Positions 34,093 through 46,930 of a stretch of 64,000 nucleotides of DNA are shown in pieces. Numbering within the stretch: position 1 is the stretch's first letter; every line of letters starts with the position of its first letter. The DNA is from Heteronotia binoei (taxonomy: Eukaryota). The position numbers and the translations under genes were made by a program. The notes beneath the pieces were generated by a model. The model did not search any database. It saw only the letters and a program-made list of their open reading frames with translations, and was not told where the DNA came from. The stretch is taken from positions 91,202,001-91,266,000 of the forward strand of contig NC_083224.1 in NCBI RefSeq assembly GCF_032191835.1, written 5' to 3'.

Positions 34093-34697
34093 AAGATGAC
34101 TTGCATGTTTTAATACTGAATTAATCATCTGTATGATGAAATTGTAATGCATGAAATATACAGTCCTTGCTTTACTTAATTCTCTCTCTTGTTTCATAGA
34201 ACAGGAGAAAAAGACCCTTTCGAATAATACAAAGCAAGTTGAAATACATAAATGAAAATTGTATGGTAACTTACTCAAATGCCATAAGTTGGCTTTTTAA
34301 TGTATAGAATTAGATTTTTAGATATACCTTGGCCAGAATGAAAGTTGACTAATCCAGCCAGATTGGGGTCCCCCCCTTATTCGTTTTTCAAACAGGCTAG
34401 ATAGAAGTTTATTTTAATTCCCTAATGAAATGCTTGAAATAGCTGACTAATAATTAAATACTGGAGGCATAAAGGTGTGCAGTCTTCATAGCTGTTCATT
34501 TTGGAAAACTTTGTTGTTGTCTTTTATTGGACAACAGGTGCATCACCTTTCCTTGAATTGTGGAAGAGGGCCAGATCAATATAGGAAATGCCACTGCAGT
34601 CACAGAACTAGGAACAAAAGGCTTAAGTGGCTTGCTTTTAAAGTTGCCACAGAATAAGTCTGATCAGGCACTTGAAGGGGGGGAAAGTTTCTGTTTT

Positions 34698-34903
34698 GCC
34701 CTGACCTGAATAGCCCAGGCTAGCCCAATCTTGTCAGATCTTGGAAGCTACAGAGGCTCATCCCTAGTCAGCATTTGGATTGTAGACCGCCAAGGAGTAC
34801 CAGGGTTGCTATGCAGTGGCAGGCAATGGCAAACCACCTCTGAACATATCTTGCCTTGAGAAGCCTATGAATTGCTATAAATCAGCCGGATGGCAAAAAA
34901 AAG
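34698..34903 (+). mobile_element. 5S rRNA-derived SINE with Sauria-type tail
   Basis: cccaatcttgtcagatcttggaagcta...gaccgccaaggagtaccaggg (5S-like), then ggcaatggcaaaccacctctg. Confidence 0.75.
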
Positions 34904-35674
34904 CCTCTCCTGAAAGGGACACAAAGCAACTTAAAGAAATTTCCAGAATACAAAGAAAATAACCAATTTAAAGCAACAAATGAAAGTAAATATGAGCACT
35001 TTGATTCATGCCTAAAGTCATGTCTATGCTGAGCATCTGCAAGTGGAGAACCCACTCAGCCCACGTGGTATTTGGCTGCTAGCGTGCTAGCAGGACCTTC
35101 CTACCATCCTCCCCTGCTGGCAGAGTATCCCTTCCATGCAGGAAATGGCATCTATCCTGGGTGTATGCCATCATGTGATGAAGATAAGTATCTTTTTCAT
35201 TGCATATATAAGCCACTGTAAAGTGTGTACTAAAGTATTAATACACAACTGTATGCTCGACTATTTGGTATTTATATGCATAATAACTCTTGTTTGGGTA
35301 GAGAAATAGAGTTCCTCTGCTGGAAATACGATGAGTTCTGCTAGGGGGGTGACTGGTAGTCTTATGTAGACATCTTAATGTCCTAATTTTCTGTATAAAT
35401 AATGGCAGTGAGTAGTTATTACCTTGGGCATCAGAATATGCAATTGGCTTCAAGGTGTTGAAAGATGTCTTGAAGCTACGAGTAAGAAACTTAGAAATTA
35501 GAATTCTGTTATGTATTGCTGCTTGGATGCTCCAGAACAATTGGTTACTGTGTGTGGGGGGGTGGAGGGTGGGAATCGCTTTTGAGATTGTTCATTGAAA
35601 TCACATGTTCTCAGTTGTCTGGTGTGGAAATTTCATGTGTCATTTAGACTAATTTGCTTATGTTTGTTTTACAG

Positions 35675-35717
35675 GGGCTGGAGAATCTGGGAAAAGTACC
35701 ATTGTGAAACAGATGAA
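35675..35717 (+). CDS. GNAI3: GNAI3 exon 2 (P-loop)
   Basis: G-AGESGKSTIVKQM-K; 43 nt; ttttacag acceptor and gtaagt donor; phases match exons 1 and 3. Confidence 0.97.
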
Positions 35718-36274
35718 GTAAGTAAAATGACATGTAGTTTAGGCCAATAAACAATATGGGCACAATTCACTTGTATCGCAGACATAGTGCTTGTGTGCAT
35801 AACTTCCAGAAAGGCTCACTAGAGCTTTGTTCTCCTCTCCCCCACTCTTTCCCCTCCTTATGTGGTAACATTGAATGCAAGTAACCCAGTGGGATAGCAG
35901 AAGGAATGAGACAAATGTAAATGCCTTTATTACCTCTAATGCCCTCCTAATGCTGTTGGGTGGGGGTGTTCTGCCTCCAAGATTGCTTTGCTTACAGTGC
36001 AGGTGGCTTGTATCAGATCTTAGAAGAGGGTCAGTAGTTAAAACTACGTATATATTTGTTATAAGTAAAAATACATGTATTCATTTTGAGATGAGTTAAA
36101 AAAACATGTAAGGGCCCAAGGAAAGCCTTGTTACAAAGTACAAATGCTATACACACAAGGACTAATTATTGTGACCTAATGTGTTTCGTCCCAATAAATA
36201 AATACATATATTTTTATTTATAACAAGTATATACATAGTTTTAACTATTGGCCCTCTACTAGGTTTCTTCGTGA

Positions 36275-36610
<336 letters not shown>

Positions 36611-37289
36611 TAAAACTGGTGGTGGAAAATAAATAAGCAGCAAGGTGGTGGTAGTTGTATGTGTGCACCTGGTTTATGTAAAGAACTGATAACCCTTCAC
36701 TTTGTGTTCTGTTACCATTACTATGATGCCCATACCATAACTTTATTCAGAAATTGTTTGGGTGAAAACTTGTACTGATCAAGCAGCGATTTTCTGTGGC
36801 TGTGAATCTTTAATGCACAGTGTAAAACTGCCATGCTGGGATCTTCACAGGCTTTTGTAAGTATTGGTGACTTTCCCTTCTATGAGGACAGTGGTTTTTA
36901 AATCCATGATTTTTTTTAATGCTAGCTTGGAATACATTGTTAATGAAACTTTTCTTTCTATAAATTGTATTTCATTTCTGTCTATAGTGCTATTGTAAAT
37001 GCATATCTAATTTCCTGAATGTTAATTTTGCCTACCATTATTCTTGTGAGCTTTGTTATTAGCATTAACTAAGGTTTTCATTATTGTAATCAGTTGTTCT
37101 TTCTGTAGCTGTTCCCATTTTTTTTACAATGGACTTCATGGTTGAGCTATACTATGAATAAAATTGTTTCTCTAATCTATACATAACATTGTGTTTGCCT
37201 TTGGAAAACAGGGAAGTATAATACATCACTGTTTTTCTTACTTTGTTTTAGAGGGGGATAATTCTGATTAGTATAGTCCACTGTCTCCT

Positions 37290-37545
37290 GTGGTACAGTT
37301 AGCTTTGAGTCGAGTAGTACCTTGGAGTCCAACAAGAATTTCAGGGCATAAGCTTTTGAAAGTCAAAGCTCCTTTTGTCACAGTGGCGTATATATAAACT
37401 TGTTTCCCTAATCTATATGTAACCATGTGCAGAATAGAAAATGGTGGCTTTCTTCTGTGCTCTGTCTGACAAAGGGAGCTTTGATTCTGAAAAGCTTATT
37501 ATACCCAAGGTGCTACTGGACTCAGATTTAACTGTCCTACTGCAA
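37290..37545. mobile_element. Inverted pair of Penelope-like terminal-repeat remnants
   Basis: gagtcgagtagtacc...aagcttttgaaagtcaaagctccttttgtca (37307-37380) is inverted relative to ctgacaaagggagctttgattctgaaaagctt...ggtgctactggactc (37466-37523); a third copy lies at about 61040-61135. Confidence 0.5.
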
Positions 37546-37784
37546 ACCAACGCAACCTTCTGAAACTGTCTAATGCGGTATGCATCAAAGAACTGTTCGT
37601 ACAACTAGCAGTTGGCTCATCAGATGAAGGAGCTTTTTGAGGAAGAAGGAGTCACTGGTGGGTGCTAAGGTCTGCCACACCATTGTAAAACTGCAACTGG
37701 GAAACATTACTTTTGATGTTCATAGTTGAGCAATATGTGGTCATGACATAGTAGCATAACAGAAATACTTACCTTCTTCTGTAG

Positions 37785-37942
<158 letters not shown>

Positions 37943-38850
37943 GTAAGAATCATTTTACAGATTTTGAGCACATTCACAGAGTAGTGCATGTTTTTAACCA
38001 CTTCCAAAAGCACTTATAGTTTGCTTTTCAGAACTGTTCATTTTGTTAATTGATTATGGAAATGCAAGGGGAACTTCTATGGCTTTGTTTTTTATAAAGA
38101 CTTGAGGAAGCTCTTGATGTGAGGATGTAAAAATGCAATTCAGGGAAATTATTTAAACTTGGTAAACTGGACAATGAATTGTTAATTGAGGATTGAAGGT
38201 ACAATGGAACATGCTTTAGTTGAACAAACTAAGTTTTGTGTGTTGAAGGAGATGGTTGAATCATCAGTCTTAACAATGTTCACTTTTGTTTCTTTGTTAG
38301 GTCATTGGGTAATCAATTTTAATGGCATGTTTGTTTCCTTGAGATTCCCCCTTTTGGAACTTAAAGAGTACTGCAGGCCAAAATGTTACTGATCTTCTTC
38401 CCTTTTGTAATGAATTATCTCCAGAATTATGCAGCTTGGTTTTCCTTGGCTGAGTTTGGAACTTTACACTTTCTGTTTAGTGGTGCATATTGGGGAGAAG
38501 TTTAAAACTTATAGCATTGAAACCTGAAGATAAATTTCTTAAAGTGTACCATATGCAAGCAACACTGGAAATGAAGCAAAACTGGAGGAAAATGCCCTTG
38601 ATTACTCTTTTTCGCATGATGTTTGTTAAAACATAGTCATCCTGTTTGGAAAGGAGTAGTAATATTTTTTTTTTGATGGCGGCTAAACCTGTTATTTCTT
38701 CTGAAAACTTCCACTAACCTTGTTGGGAATATTGAGCTATTGGTAAGCTATGGTCTTTTCGACATCTTTATGCTGTCTTTTATGTAACTTGCACTGTGTG
38801 TTCAGTTAAGAAAATATAAAGAAACAGCTATTGAAAGCCAACTAGGTATC

Positions 38851-38921
38851 TGTGGGTTTCCTGCATTGTGCAGGGGGTTGGACTAGATGATCCTGGAGAT
38901 CCCTTCCAACTCTATGATTCT
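38851..38921 (+). mobile_element. CR1 extreme 3' fragment
   Basis: tttcctgcattgtgcagggggttggactagatga...cccttccaactctatgattct; same tail as 23299-23400. Confidence 0.8.
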
Positions 38922-40688
38922 TGGATCATGGAGAATGTTGGGTGCTTTTTCACAGAGCAAACCACATCTGTATAGTTCTTAACAGTTTATCAAAACTACT
39001 GTAAAAGAATGCCTGGCAGAACCGAGCTAGCCTATTATGGGAGGAAGACTGAAGAGATATTCCTTCTCTTCAGTTAAATAACTGGGTTTTGTTTTTTGCA
39101 TTTTCCAGCAATTTAACCAAGACGTCATTAAACGTTTGCGGTTAATGTGTAATGAACATCTGGGTTCCCTAGCATGAAAAGGATAAAGTTTTCTTGTAGC
39201 CATTGGAGTCCATCAGTGTATGAGAGCATCCTAGCATATGGGCAAAGAAATGTGTTAATTCTTTGTTGAGAGACTTGCTGAATCAGTTGTTTGCAGCACC
39301 TAATAAGGTAGAACTAAACCAGTTTTACTTGTTCAGCACTTGTGTTGTAGCTTCCCACAAAGGAAGTATGCATTTGTTTAAATAATTCATTGATCCTTGT
39401 TCTTAAGACTGAGCTATTCTCAGGTCCTAAAGTAATTCTTGTATTCTTACGAACCAGCATTTTACTTAAGAGAAATTGCTCAGTTGTCATTTAATTACCT
39501 GAATTTTGTTTTTTAGCTTCATGTCACTGTTCCATTGCCTAATTTAAAAGTAGAACAGGATTCTCTTCCTTCTAATATGGGCCCACTGGGAAGAAAAAAC
39601 GAGAGAGAGAGAGAGACTAGTCAATAGCAAAATTCTAGTACTTCTCCTGGTCATAACTTTTATCTGGCCTAGAAGGTTGATGGGATATTTGTTTCTCAGC
39701 AGAAACACTCTTATCATAAGGAGCTGATGTAGTAAACTCTGCCCTCCTCAAATACAGTTAGTAATATCAAACTCCTACTTAAAAAGTCGGTGTCAGCAAA
39801 GAAACAGTATCCTAGGCAACAATTATGCTCTGAGTTAAGCTTAAGTCATCTACCTGATTTTATGAAAAGGAAGACTGCCTTAAAAGCAAAAGGGCAGAGG
39901 GTACAGACCTAAAGAGGTCTATGTAGTAAGTCCCATGTTACTCTGTAAGGGTTACTCCCAAGAAAGCATCCTTAGGACATTCTTAAAGCATTCTTAAAGA
40001 AACTGTAGACCTGAAGTAAGCTGAATTTCCATCTGAAGTAGAAAAACAAAGACCCAAGTAGTACATACCCATCTCCAGACTTTGTGCTGTTTATGGTCAT
40101 CATCAAGCTACTGTCTCTCATATTAACCTACCCCAGTTGGGTGTTGTAAGACTAAATACTGCTCTAAGCTTCTTGGAGAAAAGGCTGAGTGAAGGAGTAG
40201 TTAGTACTGATCCCTGACATTGGGTGGGCCATGTCTGAGGGTGAGGAATAGTGGCTTTTAAAGCTAATCAGTTCATGGCTGAACAGGATTTTAATTGGTC
40301 TCTTAAACTGGTAATGGTCTCCAATAGGTTATCATCTTCTTCGTGGTCTCTGTGCTTCACACTCATGGGATGAAGCACTAGTGCCGATCCCTGATCGGTA
40401 ACTCCAAAGTTCGGGATTTTTCACAGCCCGACCCCAGTAGTCATGTGCGACAGCCCCAGTGCACATGCCCACTCGTTGGGCACGAATATCCCGCCAGTTC
40501 CTTCTTTACCGCTGCATCAGATAGACATGTTTGTCGTCACTCCAGTTGGTAGTTATTTACCTTTGTTGCTTCTTGGGTTTCTCTTAGTTTTTTCTTCATT
40601 TCTTGTTTTTGGGGGGGGGGGGAGAAAGAGACTGTTTAGTCGTTGCAACCCTTTGGGGTTCCCCCCCTCCTCCCACCATACCTTGTCT

Positions 40689-42839
40689 ATGGAAAGGCGT
40701 TGGGGGGTTTTCAAATGGTGCCTGAAGTGCGAGAGCAAGATTCCTCCTCCCAACAGACATTCTCTTTGTTTGCTGTGCCTTGTGGAAGCTCACTGGGTGG
40801 AATCCTGTCATCACTGCTCGAAATTTTCTAAGCGGATGAGGAAAAACCGAGCTGCAAGGCTTTTTGCGGCGCTGTTAAAATCGGCTCTCGCACCACAGAT
40901 GTTGACATCGGCGTCGACCAGCACTTCGATGGCCACCCCGGCATCTACATCGGTTCGGTCTTGTTGTTGAGCCAACCGACTCAACTACTCCAGGAAGCAG
41001 ACCGCTCCCACAAGCGTGCGGGCTCGGCATCCCAGTCAGAACCATCGACTCCGGCCAAGAAGGCCGGAGGGATCTGGGACTCTCACTCCGCTGAGCCCAG
41101 GAAACATGAGAAGAAGAAGCGCCAAGACTGGCAGACCCCTTCTCTGCCACCGAAAGACCCGGCGATCGTTTTGGGGAAGCCTCTGGAAAAAATCTTTGCT
41201 TCACCTATTCGACCAAAGAGCCCCTCAGGTCTGACGGATGTTCCGCATACTTCCCTTTCCGGCTCTGACCAGGAGGTTGACCTTACAGAACAGTTGGCAG
41301 ACTCGAAGGAAGGCGGTGATACTAGTTCGGCATCAGACTTAGAAGTTTCGCAGCCGAAGAACCGCTTGACACCGAAGATGCCTCTGATGCTCCAGCCTGA
41401 GAGGTTTGGGGAGACTTCGGACCCTTTTCGACATCCGCATCCTCTGCCCAACTGGAACCCACGACCGTGGACTTATCCGTTTGGGGGCTATCCCTGTCAT
41501 TCACTATACCCTTGGTACCCTCCTCAGAACCCAGACTGGGATCAGTGTTCTGAGGCCTCATACCACTCCAGAGTCTCGGCACATTCTCCACTGGGTCAAC
41601 GGGGATCATTGATGCCAACTTCGACCCCGAAATTGGTCAGGAAGCTGGCACGTTCCAGTGTTCCTGATGTCGAGCAAACATCCTCGATTAGGATTACCGT
41701 AGATGCCCCAGGCTTACCATCTTAGGAGAGCGCCCCTTCCTCTCCATCAACCTCCGACGACGACAATGAGGAGGACAAGTCAGGTCATCAGCAAGAAGGG
41801 CCGTCACCAGAATCCAGGATAGCTGAGGATCTTCCAATCTCTCCTTCTGAGGATTTGAAATTCTATGGGAAGCTAATTAAAAGAATGGCAAACTCCTTGT
41901 CTCTGCCAGTGGTCCAGCCTCAACCAGTCATTGACGACACTGTCTTTGACATTATGCAGAAGGATACTTTGACAGCTGTAGCCCTTCCCATTACTAAGGT
42001 CATATTGCAAGCCATTAAAGATCCTTAGTCCAAGCCTGCCTCAACCCCTATCTCTTCCAAATGTTTGGATCATATGTACAGAGTCCAGGAACAGGGTGCA
42101 GAGTTTCTTTTTAACCATCCACGCCTCAACTCTGTGTTGGTGTCATCCTCGTCCAAGGCTAAGAAGACCCACTCCTCACCTCCAGATAAAGAGGGGAAGA
42201 TAATTGATACTTTTGGCAGGTGCTTTTATTCTGCGGGCACGCTTGGAATAAAAATCTCTTAACTGCTCTGCCTGCATGGCTCGAAACCAGTATTCCCTCT
42301 GGGAGCAACTCTAACTGCTGTTAGCCGCTCTGCTTGTGGATAAACGTAACCTGGCCAAAAAGGCCCAGAGGGAAGGGATGCTCCTGGCAAAACAACAGCT
42401 ACGGGCCTCAAAACACATAGTGGACGCTGCAGCTAAGACACTTACTTTGGCCATTACATTGCGTTGTCACTCCTGGCTTCGTGCCACCACCCTCCAGTTA
42501 GACACCAGATCCTGGGTTGAGGATCTCCCTTTTGAAGGTGAGGGTCTGTTCAGCTCCCCTGTGGATGCAGTCCTACAAGAAATGGACAAGAGCATTAAGA
42601 CGTCACATAATCTGGGAGTACCTGCATCTTCCTCTCGCCCTGGCAAGCCTCGTCTATGGTCCAAGCAATGGCCTAAGAAGCCCTACCAGACCAAATCCCC
42701 TGAGAGTTCGTGGAAGCCGTGTGCGGGACAGCATGAGGCCAAGATTTCTTTCGCTGCTGTAGGAAAAGCCAAGTTTTCTTCTTTCTCCTCTCGCATGGGA
42801 AAGTCCAAGACTAACAGGAACCCTAAGCAGGGACTTTGA
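40689..42839 (+). pseudogene. DIRS1 ORF1 (gag-like) with N-terminal Cys/His finger, frameshifted
   Basis: MERRWGVFKWCLKCESKIPPPNRHSLCLLCLVEAHWVESCHHC; C-terminal LRCHSWLR...VEDLPFEGEGLF. Confidence 0.75.
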
Positions 42840-42859
42840 CTTTGGCACCCCCTCCCCCT

Positions 42860-44060
42860 TCTCAGGGGTCAGGGGTTTTACTCCAGATACTTCACAGTTC
42901 CCAAGTGGGACTTGTCCAATTATGGATCTTAGGGGACTGAATGAATTCATCGCTTATCAGAAGTTCAGAATGCTGACTCTACAGAGCATCCTTCCACTCA
43001 TCGACAAGGGGGATTGGATGACTACCCTGGACTTGAAGGATGCCTATTTCCACATCAGCATCCTCCCCAGTCACAGGAGGTTTCTTCGTTTTGCCATTGG
43101 GATGAACCATTTCCAATACCAGGTGCTGCTCCCTTTTGGGCTCTCCATGGCTCCCAGGGTCTTCACAAAGACCATGGTTGTTGTGGTGGCTTACCTTCAT
43201 CTCCAGGGTATCATCCTCTTTCCTTATATAGATGATTGGTTGGTGGTTGCTGTGTCCCAAGCTTCTCTAAGAGCTTATCTACAAGTGATTCTCAACCTCT
43301 TGAGCGCACTGGGACTTCTGGTGAACAAAAAGAAGTCTCGCCTGGTCCCAGCGCAAAGAGTTCAGTTTATAGGAGTGATTCTGGACACTACCCAGCACCT
43401 AGCATTTCTTCCAGAGTCCCGAGCACTGGATATCATCTCCCTGGTTCAACTCCTTCAGACGGTGAGATGCGCTTCTGTTCTGCAGATCCAACGTCTCTTG
43501 GGCCTCATGGTAGCTACTACCAATGTCTTGCGGTTCACGAGGTTGAGGATGCAAACCCTTCAGCTCTGGTTCATCAGGAAATACAATCCGGTGAGAGCTC
43601 TCCCGTCCAAGATTCTGCAAATTCCTTCGCTGGTTCAATGCTGTCTGGGTTGGTGGAGGATGAAGTCCAATCTTTACAGAGGAGCTCCATTTCATCTCCC
43701 ACCCCCCTCAGTCAGGGTAACAACAGATGCCTCACTATAGGGATGGGGAGCGCACCTAGGAGATCTTTGCATAGGCAGCCCATGGCCCCCATCAATGGCT
43801 CACCATCACATCAATTTCTTGGAGCTCATGGCAGTTCACTTGGCCTTAAGGTAGTTCCTACCCCAGATCAACGGTCAGACTGTAGCTGTGATGTCAGACA
43901 ACACGACATCTGTAAGTTATATAAACCATCAAGGGGGGGACTGTGTCCAGAAAACTGTGTGCGTTGGCGATGCAGCTTTGGAAGGCCTGCGTAGCCTCCC
44001 AGACCTTCGTTGTAGCCACCCACCTGCTGGGAGAGCTCAATGTTCGAGCGGACTCCCTGA
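42860..44060 (+). pseudogene. DIRS1 RT and RNase H (N-terminal part of RT missing; stops)
   Basis: GFYSRYFTVPK, FRMLTL, LDLKDAYFHI, LPFGLSMAPRVFTK, PYIDDW; RH VTTDASL*GWGAHL...HINFLEL...SDNTT. Confidence 0.9.
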
Positions 44061-44505
44061 GCAGGGGGGCGGTTTCCCATCACGAATGGGAGGTGAACTG
44101 GAGATACCACGAACCCCTGTTCTGGGCTCAGGGTCATCCCAGAATAGACATATTTGTCATGGCAATAAAAAATGTGAACAATTCTGTTCCAGAGGAGGGA
44201 TGGACTCAGGGTCCCTAGGGGATTATCTTCTACTCCCGTGGGCGAACAAGTTCCTTTACCTGTTTCCACCCTTGCCTCTTCTCATCAGTGTGCTTCACAA
44301 ATTGGCCCAGGAGTGTTTGGAGTGCATCCTAATTGCTCCGTGGTGGCCGAGACAGAACTGGTTTCCTGTCCTCCTTGCCATGGGGGGGGGGGGGTGTCAC
44401 CACAAGTTTCTGTCAGAACCGGACCTCCTTTTGGCTCAAGGAGGCTGCCTGTTTCACCACAACATCCCTCATCTCAAACTGATGGCTTGGAGGGTCAGCT
44501 TCTAG
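44060..44505 (+). pseudogene. DIRS1 DNA N6-adenine methyltransferase-like domain
   Basis: HEWEV...GHPRIDIF / NKKCEQFCSR...GD...PW...LYLFPPLPLL...LIAPWWPRQNWF, at the known MT position downstream of RH. Confidence 0.7.
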
Positions 44506-45500
44506 AATTCTCTGACAGAGTGAAACGTGATGTTAAACAGTAGAAAGCTGTCAACTCTCAGTTCTTATGCACGAAAGTGGTCTAGGTTCCTGACATTTCT
44601 GGGGGAAAAGGGTGTCAGTGCACATAATGCTGGTCTTGAACTTGCGTTTGAGTTCTTACTCTTGTTGACGCTGGGCTTAATCATTCCTTGATTAAAGTAT
44701 ATCTGGCTGCAATCTCGGCTCATCATGATCCTGTGGATGGCGCATCGGTTTTCACACACCAGCATAAAAAATGTTTTTTGAAGGGTCTTCTACGGCTCCA
44801 CCCGCTGTCTAAGGTTCCTCCTCCTGCTTGGGATCTGCCATTGGTCCTGGAACGGCTCTCGAGGCAGCCTACTGCATCTTCTCGCCTGGAAGGCTGCCTT
44901 TTTAGTGGCCATCACTACGGCCAGGAGGGCAGGTGAGTTAGTGGCTCTGCGGTGTGATGCTCCATTCATCTCTTTTCAGGACGATGGGGTATCCTTGGCC
45001 CTGGACATCTTGTTCCTCCCTAAAGTGGTGTCTAGTTTCCACCTCAATTTGGAAGTGTTTCTGCCTACATCTTACTCTTCTCCTTCTTCCACAGAAGAAA
45101 GACGTCTGCACGCCCTGGACGTTAAGAGGGCATTGTTGTTTTTTTGTGCATTGCATCAAGCCGTTTCGAAAGGATCCCAATCTATTTGTCTCCTATGCGG
45201 CCCCTAGGTTGAGTTTCAAGATCTCTGCACAGAGGCTTTCTGAGTGGATCATGGAAGCCATTAAACTCTGCTACCTGTTGGCTAAGCATCCCTTGCCAGG
45301 GCCACTCCGTGTGCATTCCACTAGGGCTATGGCTATGTCCACAGCGTTTCTGAAGGGTGCTTCCTTGGCGGACATCTGTTTGGCTGCAACCTAGGCATCT
45401 CCTCATGTCTTCATGCGGCATTATGCCCTGGATGTCTGGAAGCATCGCAGAGCACAGCTGGGTACCCTGGTCCTTCAAACCGCTACTTCTGCATAACTGC
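44506..45500 (+). pseudogene. DIRS1 tyrosine recombinase, broken
   Basis: IKVYLAAISA...FLKGL...PPAWDL, AITTARRAGEL (catalytic R), VHSTRAMA (HxxR), T*ASPHVFMRHY (W mutated to stop; catalytic Y). Confidence 0.85.
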
Positions 45501-45535
45501 AGCTCCCTCCTCCAGGTAAGCCTAGCTTGCTAATC

Positions 45536-45630
45536 TCCCATGAGTGTGAAGCACAGAGACCACGAAGAAGATAAACAGGTTTCCTACCTGTAATTGATGA
45601 TCTTCGAGTGATCATCTGTGCATTCACACT
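45536..45630 (+). repeat. Internal complementary region (ICR) of the DIRS1 element
   Basis: 45536-45572 is the exact reverse complement of 40334-40370 (37/37); 45578-45630 is the reverse complement of 45808-45860 (51/53). Confidence 0.95.
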
Positions 45631-45913
45631 ACCTGCCCTCCTTCCCCTCTGCTGCCGGTCATGGTACTCTTGATAGGTGGCGGTGGGAAGGAACTGGAGG
45701 GATATTCACGCCCACCGGGTGGGCATGCGCACTGGGGCTGTCGCGCATGCCTACTGGGTTCAGGCTGCGAAAAATCCCGGATTTTGGAGCTGGCGCTTCA
45801 TCCCATGAGTGTGAATGCACAGATGACCACTCGAAGATCATCAGTTACAGGTAGGAAACCCGTTTTTATCAGCAACTCAGGCAGCAATGTGTATTTCAGG
45901 CTCTTGCTGGTGC

Positions 45914-46930
45914 GTTTATTTATTTGTTCGCTTTCTATCCTGCCCTTCCTGCAAATGGGCTCAGGGCAGGTTACAGAAGTAATTGTAAAAAATAAACATT
46001 AAAAACTGTAAAATCCTTAAACCCTAACAAGATGGCATTCAAACTATTTAAGCCTTGTAAGAGATGATAATAACAGCTTGAACAGATGAAAACAGGAGAG
46101 GCCAGATGGCATTTGGCATCCACTGCCTCATCCAAAAGCCTGGTTGAATAGCTCCATCTTCCAGGCTGCAGAACTGTAACAAATACCACAGGGCCCTGAT
46201 CTCTAGTGAAAGCTTATTCCATCAGGTGGGGGTCAGGACTGAAAAGGCCTGGCTCTGGTTGAGTCTAGGCAAACACCTTTTGGGCCAGGAATCACCAGTA
46301 AATGCTGATCTAATGAGCACAAGGCTCTACGGGGCACATAAAGGAAGAGGCAGTCCTGCAGGTATGTTAGGCCCTCACCAGTTAAGGCCTTAATAGTTAA
46401 TGCTGACACCTTGAAACGGACCCGGAAATCTATCAGCAGCCGGTGCAGTTCGTGGAGCATAGGCCAAATGTGCACCTGTGGCATCACTGTCAGCACATGC
46501 AATGCTGCATTCTGCACTAGCTGCAGTTTCTGGGTCAGATACAAGGATAGGCTCATGTAGAGCAAGTTACAGTAGTCCATTCTGGAAGTGACCATTGTGT
46601 GGATCATTGTAGCCAAGTCATGGGTGGAATGATATGGAACCAGTTGCTGCACCTATTATAGGTGGGGAAAAGCTGATTTGGCAACCACAGTGACTTGGGC
46701 CTCCATAGATAGTGAGGCATCCAGTGTCACCCCGGGGCTCCTCACCTTTGATGCTGGCATCAGTGACACACTGCCCAAAGCTGGGAACTGTATTTCCACA
46801 TCCACCCCCCTCCCCACAGCCTAGGTGCAGAACCCCCATCTTCATTGGATTCAGTTTCAGCCAGTTCTGTGACCAACCAGCTACAGCCCCAAGGCCCTGT
46901 CCATAACAGCATGTAGACGGTCTGATTGCC
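45914..46930 (-). mobile_element. 5'-truncated L2 LINE
   Basis: DLATMIHTMVTSRMDYCNLLYMSL...LHRLLIDFRVRFKV...LYVPRRAL; WLKLNPMKM; L2 tail at 45914. Confidence 0.9.

Larger units (their letters stand above)
40329..45865 (+). mobile_element. Structurally complete DIRS1-like retrotransposon (coding regions decayed)
   Basis: Left ITR about 40329-40515, right ITR about 45680-45865, ICR 45536-45630; gag, RT/RH, MTase-like and tyrosine recombinase remnants in canonical order. Confidence 0.93.

Noticed and set aside
40443-40688. N-terminal part of the listed 175-aa ORF
   Set aside because: Translates ITR and leader sequence; the credible ORF1 start is the ATG at 40689.
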